Assembly: GCF_009834535.1 (NCBI RefSeq)
Contig: NC_045697.1
Location: 15,254,001-15,318,000 of the forward strand
Source: Camelus ferus
Taxonomy: Eukaryota
Reading direction: 5' to 3'
DNA length: 64,000 nt
Under the pieces are notes generated by a model. The model was given only the letters and a program-made list of their open reading frames with translations. It was not told the origin of the DNA and did no database searches. The translations under genes and the position numbers were made by a program. Shown here piece by piece: positions 62,746 to 64,000 of this stretch (the stretch's first letter is position 1; every line of letters begins with the position of its first letter).

Positions 62746-64000
62746 AAGCTAGGTTGTGGGCAGCAGACTCATGAGACAAATATTTGAGAGCCTACTATTG
62801 GCAGTCCCTGTTCAAGGTGCATGGGATATACAGTGAACAAAATAGCCAATCTCTATGCTCACGGAGTCTAAATTCCAGGGGATTAAATTGCACTCGGTAA
62901 ATCTGAGGCATGATTTGAAGATCTTTGTTTAAATCATTAGCAAGGCCATCACGAAATCAGTGTTAACACAAAGTACTTCAGTGGCTTTGGCATGTCATCA
63001 TAGCTCACCCTCTCCAACTGAAACTCACCATTCGCTTCTTTGCGACCCCACAACACCAGGCACGCAAATGTACAACTACTATAGATCTTTAAAACTTAAG
63101 GCTCAACCTTTTTTTTTTTTGATGAAAGCTCTCCCTTCCCGTGAAGGCCTGTAGGAACCTTGCCACTGGAGAGTTCGCTATTACACATTGTAGTCGGGTA
63201 GACAGTGTTGACTCAGGTTCCCCACAAATTAGCAGGCATCAGACCCACACTGCATGGGTTCATGAAATAGAAATAACAACAGATGAATGCTCTGTGGTTG
63301 AGTCAGGAAATGCCCACATGTGAGTGCCTGTACGGTAAAAGCCTTTTTAAGTGTATTAGGCACTAGCTCATGTGTGTCTCATGTACCCTTTGGGTATCTG
63401 TAGACAGATAGACTGAGCCTTCTCTGGAATTGTGACAGCCATCATGCATGAAACAGTGGGAAATTCGGAATGCAGGAAGAGTATGCTGGAAACAAATCAG
63501 GACAAAGTGGAGTCTGAACAGTGCAGAAGATGTCTCAGTTGGGAGGGACGGGGACAGCTGCAAGCGGGCTGAAGCACTGAGGAAGGAGGAATAGTTAATA
63601 ACAGTGTTGCAAGGTAGCATTACCTCCCGAACACTTGATATTTGTAAAAGTGAACATAAAAATACGTGTGGAAGCTAACCATTGATAAAGTGGCACATTG
63701 CAGATGGTTCTTTGCCACACATTGCTTCGTTCCAGGCTGCAAAGTCTAGTACGTTAGACTTTTTTCTTTACACTAGTCAAGTATTAATAGAAATCCTTCA
63801 TTAGAGGTCACTGGGATGATACCTTTGGGTTTTGATATTAGTATTTTATCATGTTTATTACCTAAGAAAAGAAAGAAGTTAAGCTTTACCAATAGTGCAC
63901 ACACTTCTGTAAGTACATGTGTATAATTTACGATGAAATCTATAAAAGTCAAAGTACACGCTCAAAATATTTTTATAGTTGGGCGTACAAGATCAAAACA

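Noticed and set aside
1..64000. The many 60-148 aa ORFs in the supplied track as protein-coding genes
   Set aside because: Short, many start at non-ATG codons, most overlap transposon relics or simple repeats, and none resembles a known protein except the L1 ORF2 fragments.
1..64000. Inferring the host-gene strand from L1 orientation and A-run bias
   Set aside because: Longer L1s and long A runs favour the plus strand, hinting at a minus-strand host, but copy counts are nearly even (about 9 versus 7), too weak to call.
1..64000. CRISPR arrays, operons or prokaryotic defence systems
   Set aside because: The sequence is clearly eutherian genomic DNA with no regularly spaced repeat-spacer array or gene-dense region.

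Overview
This is mammalian nuclear DNA, very probably camelid (camel/alpaca/llama). The taxonomic call rests on a tRNA-Ala-derived SINE with the camelid Vic-1-type head and tail and on cetartiodactyl-type L1 3' UTRs. I recognise no host protein-coding exon, RNA gene, CpG-island promoter or CRISPR array; the window reads as a long intron or intergenic stretch. The only real protein homology is decayed LINE-1 ORF2, and the other ORFs in the track look like chance. A large part is transposon-derived: many MIR and L2 relics, old L1M/L1ME pieces, about nine younger L1 3' ends, three ERV1-class solo LTRs, five MaLR (MLT1) LTRs, and Tigger and hAT-Charlie DNA transposon relics. The most notable structures are an L1 with both ends but two large internal deletions, very short TSD-flanked insertions, an exact 29-bp direct repeat, nested insertions, two perfect hairpins and a few weak candidate exons and CTCF sites. 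I found no evidence of a new biological system. Repeat family names come from my recall of consensus sequences, not a database search, and boundaries without a stated TSD are approximate.
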